Shown: in pieces, positions 9,259 through 17,408 of the stretch
Layout: each line of letters starts with the position of its first letter
Position numbering within the stretch: the stretch's first letter is position 1
Origin: an uncultured Desulfarculus sp.
GTDB taxonomy: Bacteria; Desulfobacterota; Desulfarculia; Desulfarculales; Desulfarculaceae
Direction of reading: 5' to 3'
NCBI GenBank assembly: GCA_963665125.2
Contig: CAXXUK010000001.1
Span: 480,001-544,000, forward strand
DNA: 64,000 nucleotides
Program-made: the position numbers and the translations under genes
Notes under the pieces: model-generated
What the model saw: the letters and a program-made list of their open reading frames with translations, nothing else
What the model was told of the DNA's origin: nothing
Databases searched by the model: none

Positions 9259-10872
9259 ATGGATAAGAAAAGCTGGTCCCTGAGAGGCAAGATAGTACTA
9301 CTGGGCATTTGTCTGCCGACAGTGCTGGTGGTGATCCTGATGAACTCGTACGTCAGCCAATCGGTGGACAAGACCAGGGAAAACTTTGTCAACAAGGCCA
9401 GGGCCATATGCCTGACCACCGAATCCATCCGTGATGAGATGGAAAACAAGTGGAGCAAAGGCATCTTTTCCAAGGACCAAATCCGGGCATATGCCAATGA
9501 AGGCAAAATGGACAAGGTTCTGGCGATGGTGCCGGTGGTGTCGGCCTGGTCGGCGGCCATGCGCAAGGCCAAAGAGGGCGGCTATGAATTCAAGGTGCCC
9601 AAGTTCCAGCCGCGAAACTCTAAAAACGAACCTGATGCCGTGGAAGCCCGGGCCCTGAAGGCCATCAAGGACGGCGATCTGAAGGAGTACCACGAGGTTG
9701 ACCCGCAGATCAACGCGGTCCGCTACTTTTTACCGGTGCGCCTCAGCGCCACCTGCCTGATGTGTCACGGCGACCCGGCAACCTCGAAAGAACTCTGGGG
9801 CAATAACCAGGGGCTCGATCCCTCGGGCGGCAAAATGGAAGACTGGAAAGAGGGCGAGGTGCACGGCGCCTTTGAGGTTATCCAGTACTTGGACGCCGCC
9901 GACAAGGAACTGAAGGAATCGATTGTATCCGCCGGCTGGCTTGCCGGGGTCGGCCTTGTGGTCATGGGTGTGGTCTTTGCCCTGTTGGCCATCAGGCTGG
10001 TCTCCAATTCGGTGATCAAGCCCATCCGCCGCATCATCAGTGATATTTCCGAAGGGTCCCATAACCTGAACCTGGCCTCGTCGCAGGTATCCAGATCAAG
10101 CACGACCCTGGCCGAAGGATCGGCCAGTCAGGCGGCCAGTCTGGAAGAAAGCTCCGCCGCCCTGGAAGAGGTGACGTCCATGACCAGGGCCAATGCCGAA
10201 AGCGTCAACGATACCAGCAAGGTGGCCCATGAGGTGCGGAGGGCCCTGGAAGATGCCGAAAACAGCATGGAAGGCCTTTACAAGGCCATCGAAATGATCA
10301 AAAAGTCGGCCGAACAGACGGCGGTTATCATCAAGAGCATCCAGGAGATTTCCTTCCAGACCAATCTGCTTTCCCTAAACGCCGCGGTGGAGGCTGCTCG
10401 GGCCGGAGAGGCCGGCGCTGGATTCGCCGTGGTGGCCGAAGAGGTCCGTTCCCTGGCCACCAGGGCCGCCGAGGCAGCCACGAACACCACGACCTTGATC
10501 GAATCGTCCCAACAAAACGCCGATCGGGGCTTCAACGCCGTGACCGAGGTCAGGGATATCCTTGGCCAGATAGTCGGTGGCGTAGCCGAGGTCAGCAGGT
10601 TGGCCGATCAGATCGCCACGGCCAGCTCAGAGCAGGCCGAGGGAGTCAACCAGGTCAACATCGCCGTCAGCGAAGTGGACCGGGTTACCCAAGACAATGC
10701 GGCCGTGTCCGAGGAGGTGGCCTCGTCAAGCGAGTCGCTGTATTCCGAGGCGGTGAAAATGGACAGTCTGGTGGTTCAGCTTACGGATATCGTCGGCCAA
10801 GGTGTGACAACATCAGAAGATTCCGGCGGGGAAAAGAAAAAGATCTTGGGTTTGTTGCCCCGGCGCAAGTAG
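9259..10872 (+). CDS. Methyl-accepting chemotaxis protein with a periplasmic c-type heme sensor (DUF3365/Tll0287-like)
   Basis: Two TM segments flank a domain containing CLMCHG; MCP signalling motif QTNLLSLNAAVEAARAGEAGAGFAVVAEEVR. Confidence 0.92.
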   Translation: MDKKSWSLRGKIVLLGICLPTVLVVILMNSYVSQSVDKTRENFVNKARAICLTTESIRDEMENKWSKGIFSKDQIRAYANEGKMDKVLAMVPVVSAWSAAMRKAKEGGYEFKVPKFQPRNSKNEPDAVEARALKAIKDGDLKEYHEVDPQINAVRYFLPVRLSATCLMCHGDPATSKELWGNNQGLDPSGGKMEDWKEGEVHGAFEVIQYLDAADKELKESIVSAGWLAGVGLVVMGVVFALLAIRLVSNSVIKPIRRIISDISEGSHNLNLASSQVSRSSTTLAEGSASQAASLEESSAALEEVTSMTRANAESVNDTSKVAHEVRRALEDAENSMEGLYKAIEMIKKSAEQTAVIIKSIQEISFQTNLLSLNAAVEAARAGEAGAGFAVVAEEVRSLATRAAEAATNTTTLIESSQQNADRGFNAVTEVRDILGQIVGGVAEVSRLADQIATASSEQAEGVNQVNIAVSEVDRVTQDNAAVSEEVASSSESLYSEAVKMDSLVVQLTDIVGQGVTTSEDSGGEKKKILGLLPRRK

Positions 10873-10905
10873 AACAACAAACAAATCCTGGTCGGGTAAA
10901 TGAAT

Positions 10906-10935
10906 AAGGCCGCTCCTAAACCGGGGCGGCCTTTT
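10906..10935. terminator. Bidirectional terminator between the MCP and lepB
   Basis: AAGGCCGCTCC...GGGGCGGCCTTTT hairpin between convergent genes. Confidence 0.7.
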
Positions 10936-10955
10936 ATTTATGCCGAATTGAGCCG

Positions 10956-11669
10956 TCAGTCGATGGACTTGAGCACGCGGTCCCAGCGGACGCCCCAGCC
11001 GTCGTTGTTCCACGACCAGTAGATGATGAACGCCCGGCCCAGGATGTCCTCCCTGGGGACGAAGCCGCCCCTGCCGTTGAACCAGCAGCGGGAATCCCGG
11101 GAGTTGTCCCGGTTGTCGCCCATGACGAAATAATGGCCATCGGGCACCTTGGTCGGGCCGAAGCGGTATTGCTTGGGGCAGCCGGGATCGGGCAGGCCGC
11201 CGATGTGGTTGCCCCATTTGTCTTCTATCTGCTTGCCGTCAATGAAGATGTCCTTGCCCCGTATTTCCACGGTCTCGCCGGGCAGGCCGATGATGCGCTT
11301 GATGAAGTCGATGCTGCGGTCCTCGGGAAACCGGAAGACGATGACATCGCCACGCTCGGGATCGGAAATGGGAATCGACACCTCGGGCCATGGCAGCTTG
11401 ATGAAAGAATCCGGGCCCATGCCGAAGGGGATGTGCAGTTCTCCGGGCAACACACCGATATCATAGGAAGACTTGCTGACCAGCAGGTGATCGCCGATCA
11501 ACAGGGTTGGGATCATCGATCCGGAAGGAATCTTGAAGGCCTGGACGCCCCATGTCCTGATGACGAACGCCAGGAGCAAGGCCCATAAGAGTGCTTCAAG
11601 GTATTCTATGACAACGGGTTTTTTCTTTTTGGTCTTTTTTTCGCCGTGGGCCAGCGAGCCAAACAGCAT
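10956..11669 (-). CDS. lepB: Signal peptidase I
   Basis: FKIPSGSMIPTL (Ser), DFIKRIIGLPG (Lys) and GDNRDNSRDSR motifs; RBS GGAG before ATG 11669. Confidence 0.96.
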   Translation of the reverse strand: MLFGSLAHGEKKTKKKKPVVIEYLEALLWALLLAFVIRTWGVQAFKIPSGSMIPTLLIGDHLLVSKSSYDIGVLPGELHIPFGMGPDSFIKLPWPEVSIPISDPERGDVIVFRFPEDRSIDFIKRIIGLPGETVEIRGKDIFIDGKQIEDKWGNHIGGLPDPGCPKQYRFGPTKVPDGHYFVMGDNRDNSRDSRCWFNGRGGFVPREDILGRAFIIYWSWNNDGWGVRWDRVLKSID

Positions 11670-11808
11670 GTACAACTCCAAGTCAAGGGCATGAATTAGG
11701 GAGTGGACCGCAACAGGCATCCGCAACAGTTTGGAAATACAACCGCTGCAAAGAATAACCAGGCAAGGGGCCGATGTAAATCAGTTTTTCACCTGACACG
11801 CCGGGTTG

Positions 11809-12741
11809 TCAGAAAAGCCCCACGGTTTTTCCCAGGAACAAAATAAAAATCAGCAGCAGCAACACGCCGGAGTGACGGCTGACTCGTCCAGTATGGGACA
11901 TGACGAAAAACAGCAGCGTGGCCGCCAGCATGAACGGCAGACCCACATGGTTCACCACATCGCTGGAGGGCAGGGGCTTGACCAGGGCCGGCAGGCCTGT
12001 CACCAAAAACGAATTGCAGATGTTGGAACCCACCACGTTGCCAACGGCCAGGTCGAAATATTGTTTTTTCGCAGCGGTCAGGGAAACCACCAGCTCGGGC
12101 AGGCTGGAGCCCACGGCCACCACCGTCAACGCCAGCAGCGAGGTGTCGGCCAGACCCAACAGCACCGTGAGTTCGGTCACGGCCTTGACGGTGTATTCGG
12201 CGCCAAAGTAAACCGCGGCGCCGCCCAGCACCAGCCACAGAATCACAATGGGCCGGAATTTGCCCTGGGGCTCCTGATCCGAGGCCGCCTGCTGTCTCAG
12301 GGTTTGGCTGAGGTAGATGCCATACATTGCGATGAGAATTATGCCTTCGCCCATGGAAACGCTGCCGTCCATGAGCATGAGGCTCAGCACCATGGCCGAG
12401 GCCACCAGCACCGGCAGGTCCAGCCTTTTCATCTGACCGCTGACGGAAAAGCCCTTGAAGGCCAAGGCCGCCGCGCCCATGATGAAACAGATGTTGGCCA
12501 CATTGGAGCCCACCACCGTGCCGGCGACGAATTCGCCTTCGCCGGTGAACACCGAGGCCAGGGCTGCGGCCAACTCGGGCAGGCTGGTGCCCAGGGCCAC
12601 CAAGGACACGCCGATGATGATCTCTGGCACGCCCAGGGTGCGGGCCAGGCCCGAGGCCTGTTCCACAAAGATATCAGCGCCTTTTAACAGCACGGCCAGA
12701 CTTGCGGCCAATACGGCGAACCATAACAGAAGCTCTGACAA
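11809..12741 (-). CDS. Calcium/sodium antiporter (YrbG/CaCA family)
   Basis: Two alpha repeats, GTSLPE...VGSNVAN and GSSLPE...VGSNICN. The TTG start at 12741 is an estimate. Confidence 0.9.
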   Translation of the reverse strand: MSELLLWFAVLAASLAVLLKGADIFVEQASGLARTLGVPEIIIGVSLVALGTSLPELAAALASVFTGEGEFVAGTVVGSNVANICFIMGAAALAFKGFSVSGQMKRLDLPVLVASAMVLSLMLMDGSVSMGEGIILIAMYGIYLSQTLRQQAASDQEPQGKFRPIVILWLVLGGAAVYFGAEYTVKAVTELTVLLGLADTSLLALTVVAVGSSLPELVVSLTAAKKQYFDLAVGNVVGSNICNSFLVTGLPALVKPLPSSDVVNHVGLPFMLAATLLFFVMSHTGRVSRHSGVLLLLIFILFLGKTVGLF

Positions 12742-12887
12742 GATAGTTATGCCTTTGCCAAGAGGTGGAGGCCAATCACGGCGGGCGCTTTGCCCTATCC
12801 GGCTGAGCCAGTATAGCAGACCGCCGCCAAGTGGGCCAAACATTGCCCCTATATGCATGGATGGTAGACCCCACACAAAAAAGGGGG

Positions 12888-12917
12888 TTGACAATTTTGC
12901 CTTACGGCAGCAAAATT
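12888..12917 (+). promoter_or_regulatory. Sigma-70 promoter with overlapping inverted repeat, upstream of the small Cys-rich peptide
   Basis: TTGACA (12888-12893), 17 nt, CAAAAT (12911-12916); perfect IR AATTTTGC-N9-GCAAAATT at 12893-12917. Confidence 0.7.
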
Positions 12918-12968
12918 TTCTTAATACAAACCGCCCCAAGAAGGGGCCATAACCCGGGAGACGCGAGA

Positions 12969-13031
12969 ATGAAGATCAAGAAGATCGTCCGCACCCAGCG
13001 TGGGCTCTGCAAGTGCAAGAGCTCCTGCTAG
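12969..13031 (+). CDS. 20-aa Cys-rich peptide MKIKKIVRTQRGLCKCKSSC; putative RiPP precursor
   Basis: RBS GGGAG 8 nt before the ATG; host-like codons (AAG/ATC/TGC); own promoter and terminator; directly upstream of a radical SAM/SPASM gene pair. Confidence 0.8.
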   Translation: MKIKKIVRTQRGLCKCKSSC

Positions 13032-13052
13032 CCTCTTAACGTAGGCAGCAAC

Positions 13053-13090
13053 AAAGGGGAGGCCGCGAAGAGCCTCCCCTTTCTTATTTT
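13053..13090 (+). terminator. Intrinsic terminator/attenuator between the peptide and the enzyme genes
   Basis: AAAGGGGAGGC-cgcgaaga-GCCTCCCCTTT followed by CTTATTTT. Confidence 0.8.
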
Positions 13091-13101
13091 GGAAGTCTGT
13101 T

Positions 13102-13431
13102 TTGCAATATCGCGAGCTGATCTGTGGCCGCATGTGCCGCTATTTTAAACCGGAAAAACACGAAGACCCAGGCTGCGGCGGAGTGGAATGGCTCAAGCCG
13201 CGGACAGGGCTGGATGCGGCATTGTCCGCCTTGCAGGCAAGGCCGTCTGATATGCTGCATGGTCTGGACCCGAACGACCCCCGTTTGTGGGTCGTGTGCA
13301 ACTCCTGCGAATTCCGCATTGACGGCTGCGACTTCCGGGATCCGGAGGTGGCGCCGGAGGACTGCGAGCCTTGCGGCGGCCTGCGGGCCGTAGCCGGGCT
13401 GCTGGCGGCCCGGGTTGATGTAGGCCTTTAG
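13102..13431 (+). CDS. Cys-rich (8 Cys) hypothetical protein associated with the radical SAM enzyme
   Basis: TTG start; motifs CxxxCxYFK, GCGG, CxxC...GCDF and CxxCGG; ends 2 nt before the rSAM ATG. Confidence 0.8.
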   Translation: MQYRELICGRMCRYFKPEKHEDPGCGGVEWLKPRTGLDAALSALQARPSDMLHGLDPNDPRLWVVCNSCEFRIDGCDFRDPEVAPEDCEPCGGLRAVAGLLAARVDVGL

Positions 13432-13433
13432 CC

Positions 13434-14597
13434 ATGATCGACCAAGCCAAGTTCATAAAAATGGCCGATCACGTTGGCCTGCGCCTGTTGGAAACGCCGT
13501 GCCTCTACGACCGCCGGGCCGACGAACTGTATGAATTAAACGACGAAGGCCTGGAGGGGCTTGAGCGTTGCAACGGGGCCATGACCGTGGCCCAGGCTGC
13601 CCTGGAGCCCGAGTTCTTGCAGGACTGCCTGGACGAAGGCCTGTTGGTGCTGCTTGATGAACCTCAGCCCCAAACCATATCCCTGAGCCAGAGCCCCGTC
13701 CCCAGCCTGAGGTACCTGGAGGTCCAGATCACCTGGCGCTGCAACTTGGCCTGCCGCCACTGCTATCTGGGCAAGGCCAGGGCCGAGGACATGGCTCCGG
13801 ATGATTTCAGGTCGGTTGTGGAGGAGTTCGAGGCCATGGGCGGCCTGCGGCTAATGGTCAGCGGCGGCGAACCCCTGGCCCATCCCCAATGGCCGGAAAT
13901 AAACGCCGTCCTTGACGGCTTGCCCGTGCGGCGGGCTCTGCTCAGCAACGGCGGACTATTAACGTCGGAGATTCTAGGGCAACTGAATTTCGACGAGGTG
14001 CAGATCAGCATCGACGGTCTGCAAAAGGGCCATGACATGCTGCGGGGCAAGGGCTCGTTTGAGCGCGCCGTCGCCGCCGCCCATCTGGTCCGCACTTCTG
14101 GTCTGGACCTGTCCATAGCCACCATGGCCCACAGCGGCAACCTGGACGAGATGGGCGACATGGAAGAGCTTGTGCGCTCCCTTGATGCCATCGAATGGGG
14201 CATAGACGCGCCGGTGATATCCGGCCGCCTCAGCGACAACCCTGATCTGGCCGTCACCCCGGACCAGGCCGTCCAGGCCATGGCCCGCGCCTATGGCGGG
14301 GCCTTTCACGGCGGCTCCGACGGCATGGCCTGCGGGCTGCATCTGTGCACCGTGGCCGCCGACGGCAAGGTCGCCCAATGCGGTTTCTATTTTGACGATC
14401 CCCTGGGCGTCGCCTCCGAGGGCCTGCGGGTCTGCTGGCAGCGCCGCCAACCCCTGGCCCTTGCCGACATCGCCGGCTGCCGCGACTGCGACGTGGCCGA
14501 CGACTGCGGCGGCGGCTGCCGCTTCCGGGCCGCCGACAGGCTCTCGCCCGATCCGGTGATGTGCGCCGCCATGGGCAAGGAGTTGGAACAGGGCTGA
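13434..14597 (+). CDS. Radical SAM/SPASM-domain peptide maturase with N-terminal PqqD/RRE-like domain
   Basis: CNLACRHC (CxxxCxxC), SGGEP, QISIDG; SPASM-type Cys array (CGLHLC...GKVAQC...CRDC...CGGGC...MC); about 85-aa N-terminal extension with LYELNDEG...CNG..TV. Confidence 0.9.
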   Translation: MIDQAKFIKMADHVGLRLLETPCLYDRRADELYELNDEGLEGLERCNGAMTVAQAALEPEFLQDCLDEGLLVLLDEPQPQTISLSQSPVPSLRYLEVQITWRCNLACRHCYLGKARAEDMAPDDFRSVVEEFEAMGGLRLMVSGGEPLAHPQWPEINAVLDGLPVRRALLSNGGLLTSEILGQLNFDEVQISIDGLQKGHDMLRGKGSFERAVAAAHLVRTSGLDLSIATMAHSGNLDEMGDMEELVRSLDAIEWGIDAPVISGRLSDNPDLAVTPDQAVQAMARAYGGAFHGGSDGMACGLHLCTVAADGKVAQCGFYFDDPLGVASEGLRVCWQRRQPLALADIAGCRDCDVADDCGGGCRFRAADRLSPDPVMCAAMGKELEQG

Positions 14598-14606
14598 TTC
14601 GCTGTA

Positions 14607-14925
14607 TTTGGGAAACTTTTTTGAAAAAAAGTTTCCCAAACCCTTCAAAAAACTTTGCCGCTTATTGTCAGCCGGCTTTGCCGCCAGCCAATAAGCGGGC
14701 ATGGGTTTTCCAAAGGGTGGGGTGATTTGAATCAGGTTTTATGATGAGCCTTTGCTTTACGGTTTGGCTTGTTTTGCCCCAGGCAAAACAGGCCAAACAC
14801 AAAGTGGCAAAAGCGTGGCGTAATTGAAAAGATGACGCAAAAACCGCGCAAGCGGGTTTTGCGCGAAGTTTTTTGGGATGGGGGTCCGGGGGAAGGCCTT
14901 TTTTTCAAAAAAGGCCTTCCCCCGG
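14607..14925. repeat. Composite palindromic (REP/BIME-like) element
   Basis: Perfect 16-bp IR at 14607-14640 and perfect 19-bp IR at 14886-14925, with related flanks in inverted orientation and additional internal hairpins. Confidence 0.65.
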
Positions 14926-14947
14926 CAGCATCGCAAACGGAGCGAAA

Positions 14948-15286
14948 ATGGGCTACAAAGCTGTTTTTCATGTGGACTTGTTCGAGGACAAGTACATCAA
15001 CATCGCCGAGGCCAACATCAACAACTTCCACAAGGCCGTTGACAATGCCAAGGCCGTGCTGTTGTTCAACGGGCCGGGCGCCCAGTTTTGCCGGGCCGAT
15101 CACGGCGCCACGGTGAATCTGTCTTCCTTGCTTGAGTCTGGCGTGCGGGTATGCGTGTGCAACAACGCCCTGAAGGCCAACGAGATAGAGCCCGATGAAC
15201 TGACCCCGGGCGTGGAGATCGTTCCCGCCGGAGTGGTGGAGCTTGTTGATCTGCAAAACGAGGGCTGGGCCTATATCAAACCATAG
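14948..15286 (+). CDS. DsrE/DsrF-like family protein
   Basis: KAVFHVD, LFNGPG, VCNNAL and VPAGVVELVDLQNEGWAYIKP signature; RBS GGAG. Confidence 0.88.
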   Translation: MGYKAVFHVDLFEDKYINIAEANINNFHKAVDNAKAVLLFNGPGAQFCRADHGATVNLSSLLESGVRVCVCNNALKANEIEPDELTPGVEIVPAGVVELVDLQNEGWAYIKP

Positions 15287-15303
15287 AAACCAGGGGGAGC
15301 GAG

Positions 15304-15699
15304 ATGGCGAAAAAGATATTTGATTTGGGCGGCAGGGCCGTACGCGAGGGCGGCGAGACCGTGTTGGGACTCAAGGACCTGAACACCCATGCCTGCTACA
15401 TGCTAATGGGCGTGATCCAGCCTGGTGAGGGGCCGCGCATATTCAAGCCCGGTGTGGGCCATGAGGAGATCATTTGCGTGATCGGCGGGTCTTTGGAGAT
15501 GGTTTGCGGGGATGTAAAAATGACCCTGCAAGCGGGTCAGGCCGTGTATCTGGTCGGCGAGGAGACCTGGCAGGGGACGGCCCCCGGTCCTTTGGAGGCC
15601 AAATACATCGCCGCCGGAGGCCACAGCCCCGGCGACGAGCATCATCACCATCATCATGGGCATCACCACCACGGTCATGATGACCATGGACATCAATGA
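15304..15699 (+). CDS. Cupin-fold protein with His-rich C-terminal tail
   Basis: GHEEIICVIGG...LQAGQAVYL cupin-like motif; 14 His in the last 25 residues. Confidence 0.75.
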   Translation: MAKKIFDLGGRAVREGGETVLGLKDLNTHACYMLMGVIQPGEGPRIFKPGVGHEEIICVIGGSLEMVCGDVKMTLQAGQAVYLVGEETWQGTAPGPLEAKYIAAGGHSPGDEHHHHHHGHHHHGHDDHGHQ

Positions 15700-15705
15700 T
15701 CTGTC

Positions 15706-16905
15706 TTAAAGCCCTCGTCCACAGATACAGGGCTCCTGGCCGCAGGTGCAGCCATGGGGCTCTGTGCCGCATTGGCCTCCGCAACCGCATGATTCATGTG
15801 CATGGCTATGTTCGTGGCCGTGGTCATGGCCATGTTCGGCCAGACCCAGCCTGGTCCTCAGGCTGTGCCAAAGCGGCTTGACGGACAGGCCCAGGAGTAC
15901 GGCCGTGGCGGCCAGCTTGAGCCAGAGGGGCACGATCTCGCCGGCCCTGCCCATCACCGCCGCGGGGTCGATGGCCAGCCAGGCGTAGATCTGATCCAGG
16001 GCCAGGCCGCAGAGCAGCGCCATTAGAGCGATGGTGGCAAGGTAGATGGCCGTGGCCCGCTTGCCCAAAAGCTTGCCCAGCACGGTCAGCGAGGTGATGT
16101 TCGTGGCCGGTCCGGCCAGCAGGAACACCAGGGCCGCGCCTGGGCTGACACCCTTGAGAATCAGCGACGCGGCAATGGGCGTCGAGGACGTGGCGCAGAT
16201 ATATAGCGGGATGCCCACGGCCAGCATCACCAGCATGCTCAGCATGCCGCCGCCCAGATAGCGGCCCATCCACTCCGCGGGAATCAGGGCTCCGATGAGC
16301 CCGGACAGGAATATGCCTAGGAAAAAGGCCCCGGCCAGATGGCCCCATATCTCGCCGAAAGCATAGCGCAGCCCGGCAATTATTTTTTCCGAAAAAGTAT
16401 GGTGGGCAGCGTGTACCGCCGGATCGCAGCCGATGCCGTCGCAGCAGCCGTCCACCGGGCAGGTTAAATCAGGCGCGATTCGCCTGTCCGGCCGCCACTT
16501 GGCCGTGTTTTCGGCCACGCCGGCCGCCACGGCCGTGGCCATGGCCGATACGGGCCGGGCAATGGTCATCACCGGGTCCATCAGGGCGTAGGTCAGGGCA
16601 ATGCTGTCAACGCCGGACTCGGGTGTGGAGATTAAAAATGAGGTCACCGCGCCGTTGTTGGCTCCTTGCTCCTTGAGCGATGCCGCCGCGGGCATCACCC
16701 CGCAGGAGCACAGCGGCAGGGGTATGCCCAGGGCCGCGGCCTTGAACACCGACCTGTAGCGGCCCCGGCCCAGGTGTTGGGCCACGAAACCGGGCCGCAT
16801 GAACACCTTGACCATGCCGCCCAGAGCCAGACCGAACAGGATGTAAACGGCCGAGTCGCTGAGCACCCGCCATGCCTCCTCGAAGATGTTGATGATTATC
16901 TGCAT
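15706..16905 (-). CDS. DUF318/ArsP-family permease (SO_0444-like metal efflux transporter) with His/Cys-rich tail
   Basis: PLPLCSCGV, ISTPESGVDS, PLYICATSSTP and AGPATN motifs; Cys/His-rich loop and tail. Confidence 0.88.
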   Translation of the reverse strand: MQIIINIFEEAWRVLSDSAVYILFGLALGGMVKVFMRPGFVAQHLGRGRYRSVFKAAALGIPLPLCSCGVMPAAASLKEQGANNGAVTSFLISTPESGVDSIALTYALMDPVMTIARPVSAMATAVAAGVAENTAKWRPDRRIAPDLTCPVDGCCDGIGCDPAVHAAHHTFSEKIIAGLRYAFGEIWGHLAGAFFLGIFLSGLIGALIPAEWMGRYLGGGMLSMLVMLAVGIPLYICATSSTPIAASLILKGVSPGAALVFLLAGPATNITSLTVLGKLLGKRATAIYLATIALMALLCGLALDQIYAWLAIDPAAVMGRAGEIVPLWLKLAATAVLLGLSVKPLWHSLRTRLGLAEHGHDHGHEHSHAHESCGCGGQCGTEPHGCTCGQEPCICGRGL

Positions 16906-16915
16906 TGCGTATTTC

Positions 16916-17293
16916 CTAGGTGTGACGCAGGTGGTCCAGGGCCATCTGCAACTGGCCCGCCACGTGTAGGTCGTCAAGAGAGTAGTAGAGCATCTGCCCG
17001 TCACGGCGGGCCTTGATCAGCGACAAATCCCGCAGGCGGCGCAGGGCGTGGCTGACGGCCGAGTCGCTCATGCCGGTATAGGCCGCTATGTCGCAGACGC
17101 ACATCTCGCCGCCCATCAGGCCGGTGAGGATGCGCAGGCGGCTGGGGTCGCCCATGGCCTTGAAAATCAGGCTCATGCGCTCCAGTTCGGGTTCTTGCGG
17201 CGCTTCGCGGCGGGCCTGGCTGACCCGGTCCTCATGAATTACCTTGACCTGACAACCCTCATGAACAACCAGATTTGTTTTTCGCGTAGTCAT
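16916..17293 (-). CDS. ArsR/SmtB-family metalloregulator (CadC/SmtB-like)
   Basis: FKAMGDPSRLRIL, EMCVCDIA, SAVSHALRRL and YYSLDDLHV motifs. Confidence 0.93.
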   Translation of the reverse strand: MTTRKTNLVVHEGCQVKVIHEDRVSQARREAPQEPELERMSLIFKAMGDPSRLRILTGLMGGEMCVCDIAAYTGMSDSAVSHALRRLRDLSLIKARRDGQMLYYSLDDLHVAGQLQMALDHLRHT

Positions 17294-17307
17294 GTTTTAG
17301 TCTTAAA

Positions 17308-17329
17308 TATATGAACATATATTCATATA
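17308..17329. promoter_or_regulatory. SmtB/CzrA-type operator
   Basis: TATATGAA-catata-TTCATATA, containing the TGAA-N6-TTCA core, just upstream of the SmtB-like gene. Confidence 0.75.
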
Positions 17330-17374
17330 CAGCATATTTTTTGACCCCGCAAGAAGGTTTTTTGGTTGGGCACA

Positions 17375-17408
17375 CTTGACAATTTGGCCAAATGGCCATA
17401 TCGTCAAG
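17375..17408 (+). promoter_or_regulatory. Promoter and overlapping operator of the second ArsR operon
   Basis: IR CTTGACAATTTGGCCA-AA-TGGCCATATCGTCAAG (16-bp arms, 2 mismatches) spans TTGACA-N17-TATCGT. Confidence 0.75.

Noticed and set aside
12831..12968. 66-aa extended version of the peptide ORF in the ORF track
   Set aside because: The upstream GTG has no RBS and the extension runs through the promoter; ATG 12969 has a proper RBS.
13036..13062. ANTAR-type dual hexaloops (AACGTA, AAAGGG) before the peptide terminator
   Set aside because: The A1/G4 loop pattern is present but the closing stems do not pair beyond 1-2 weak pairs.
13029..13150. Stop-codon read-through (Sec/Pyl) of the peptide
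   Set aside because: The stop is UAG, not UGA. The extension would run through a terminator and has no coding features, and no pyl genes are in the window.
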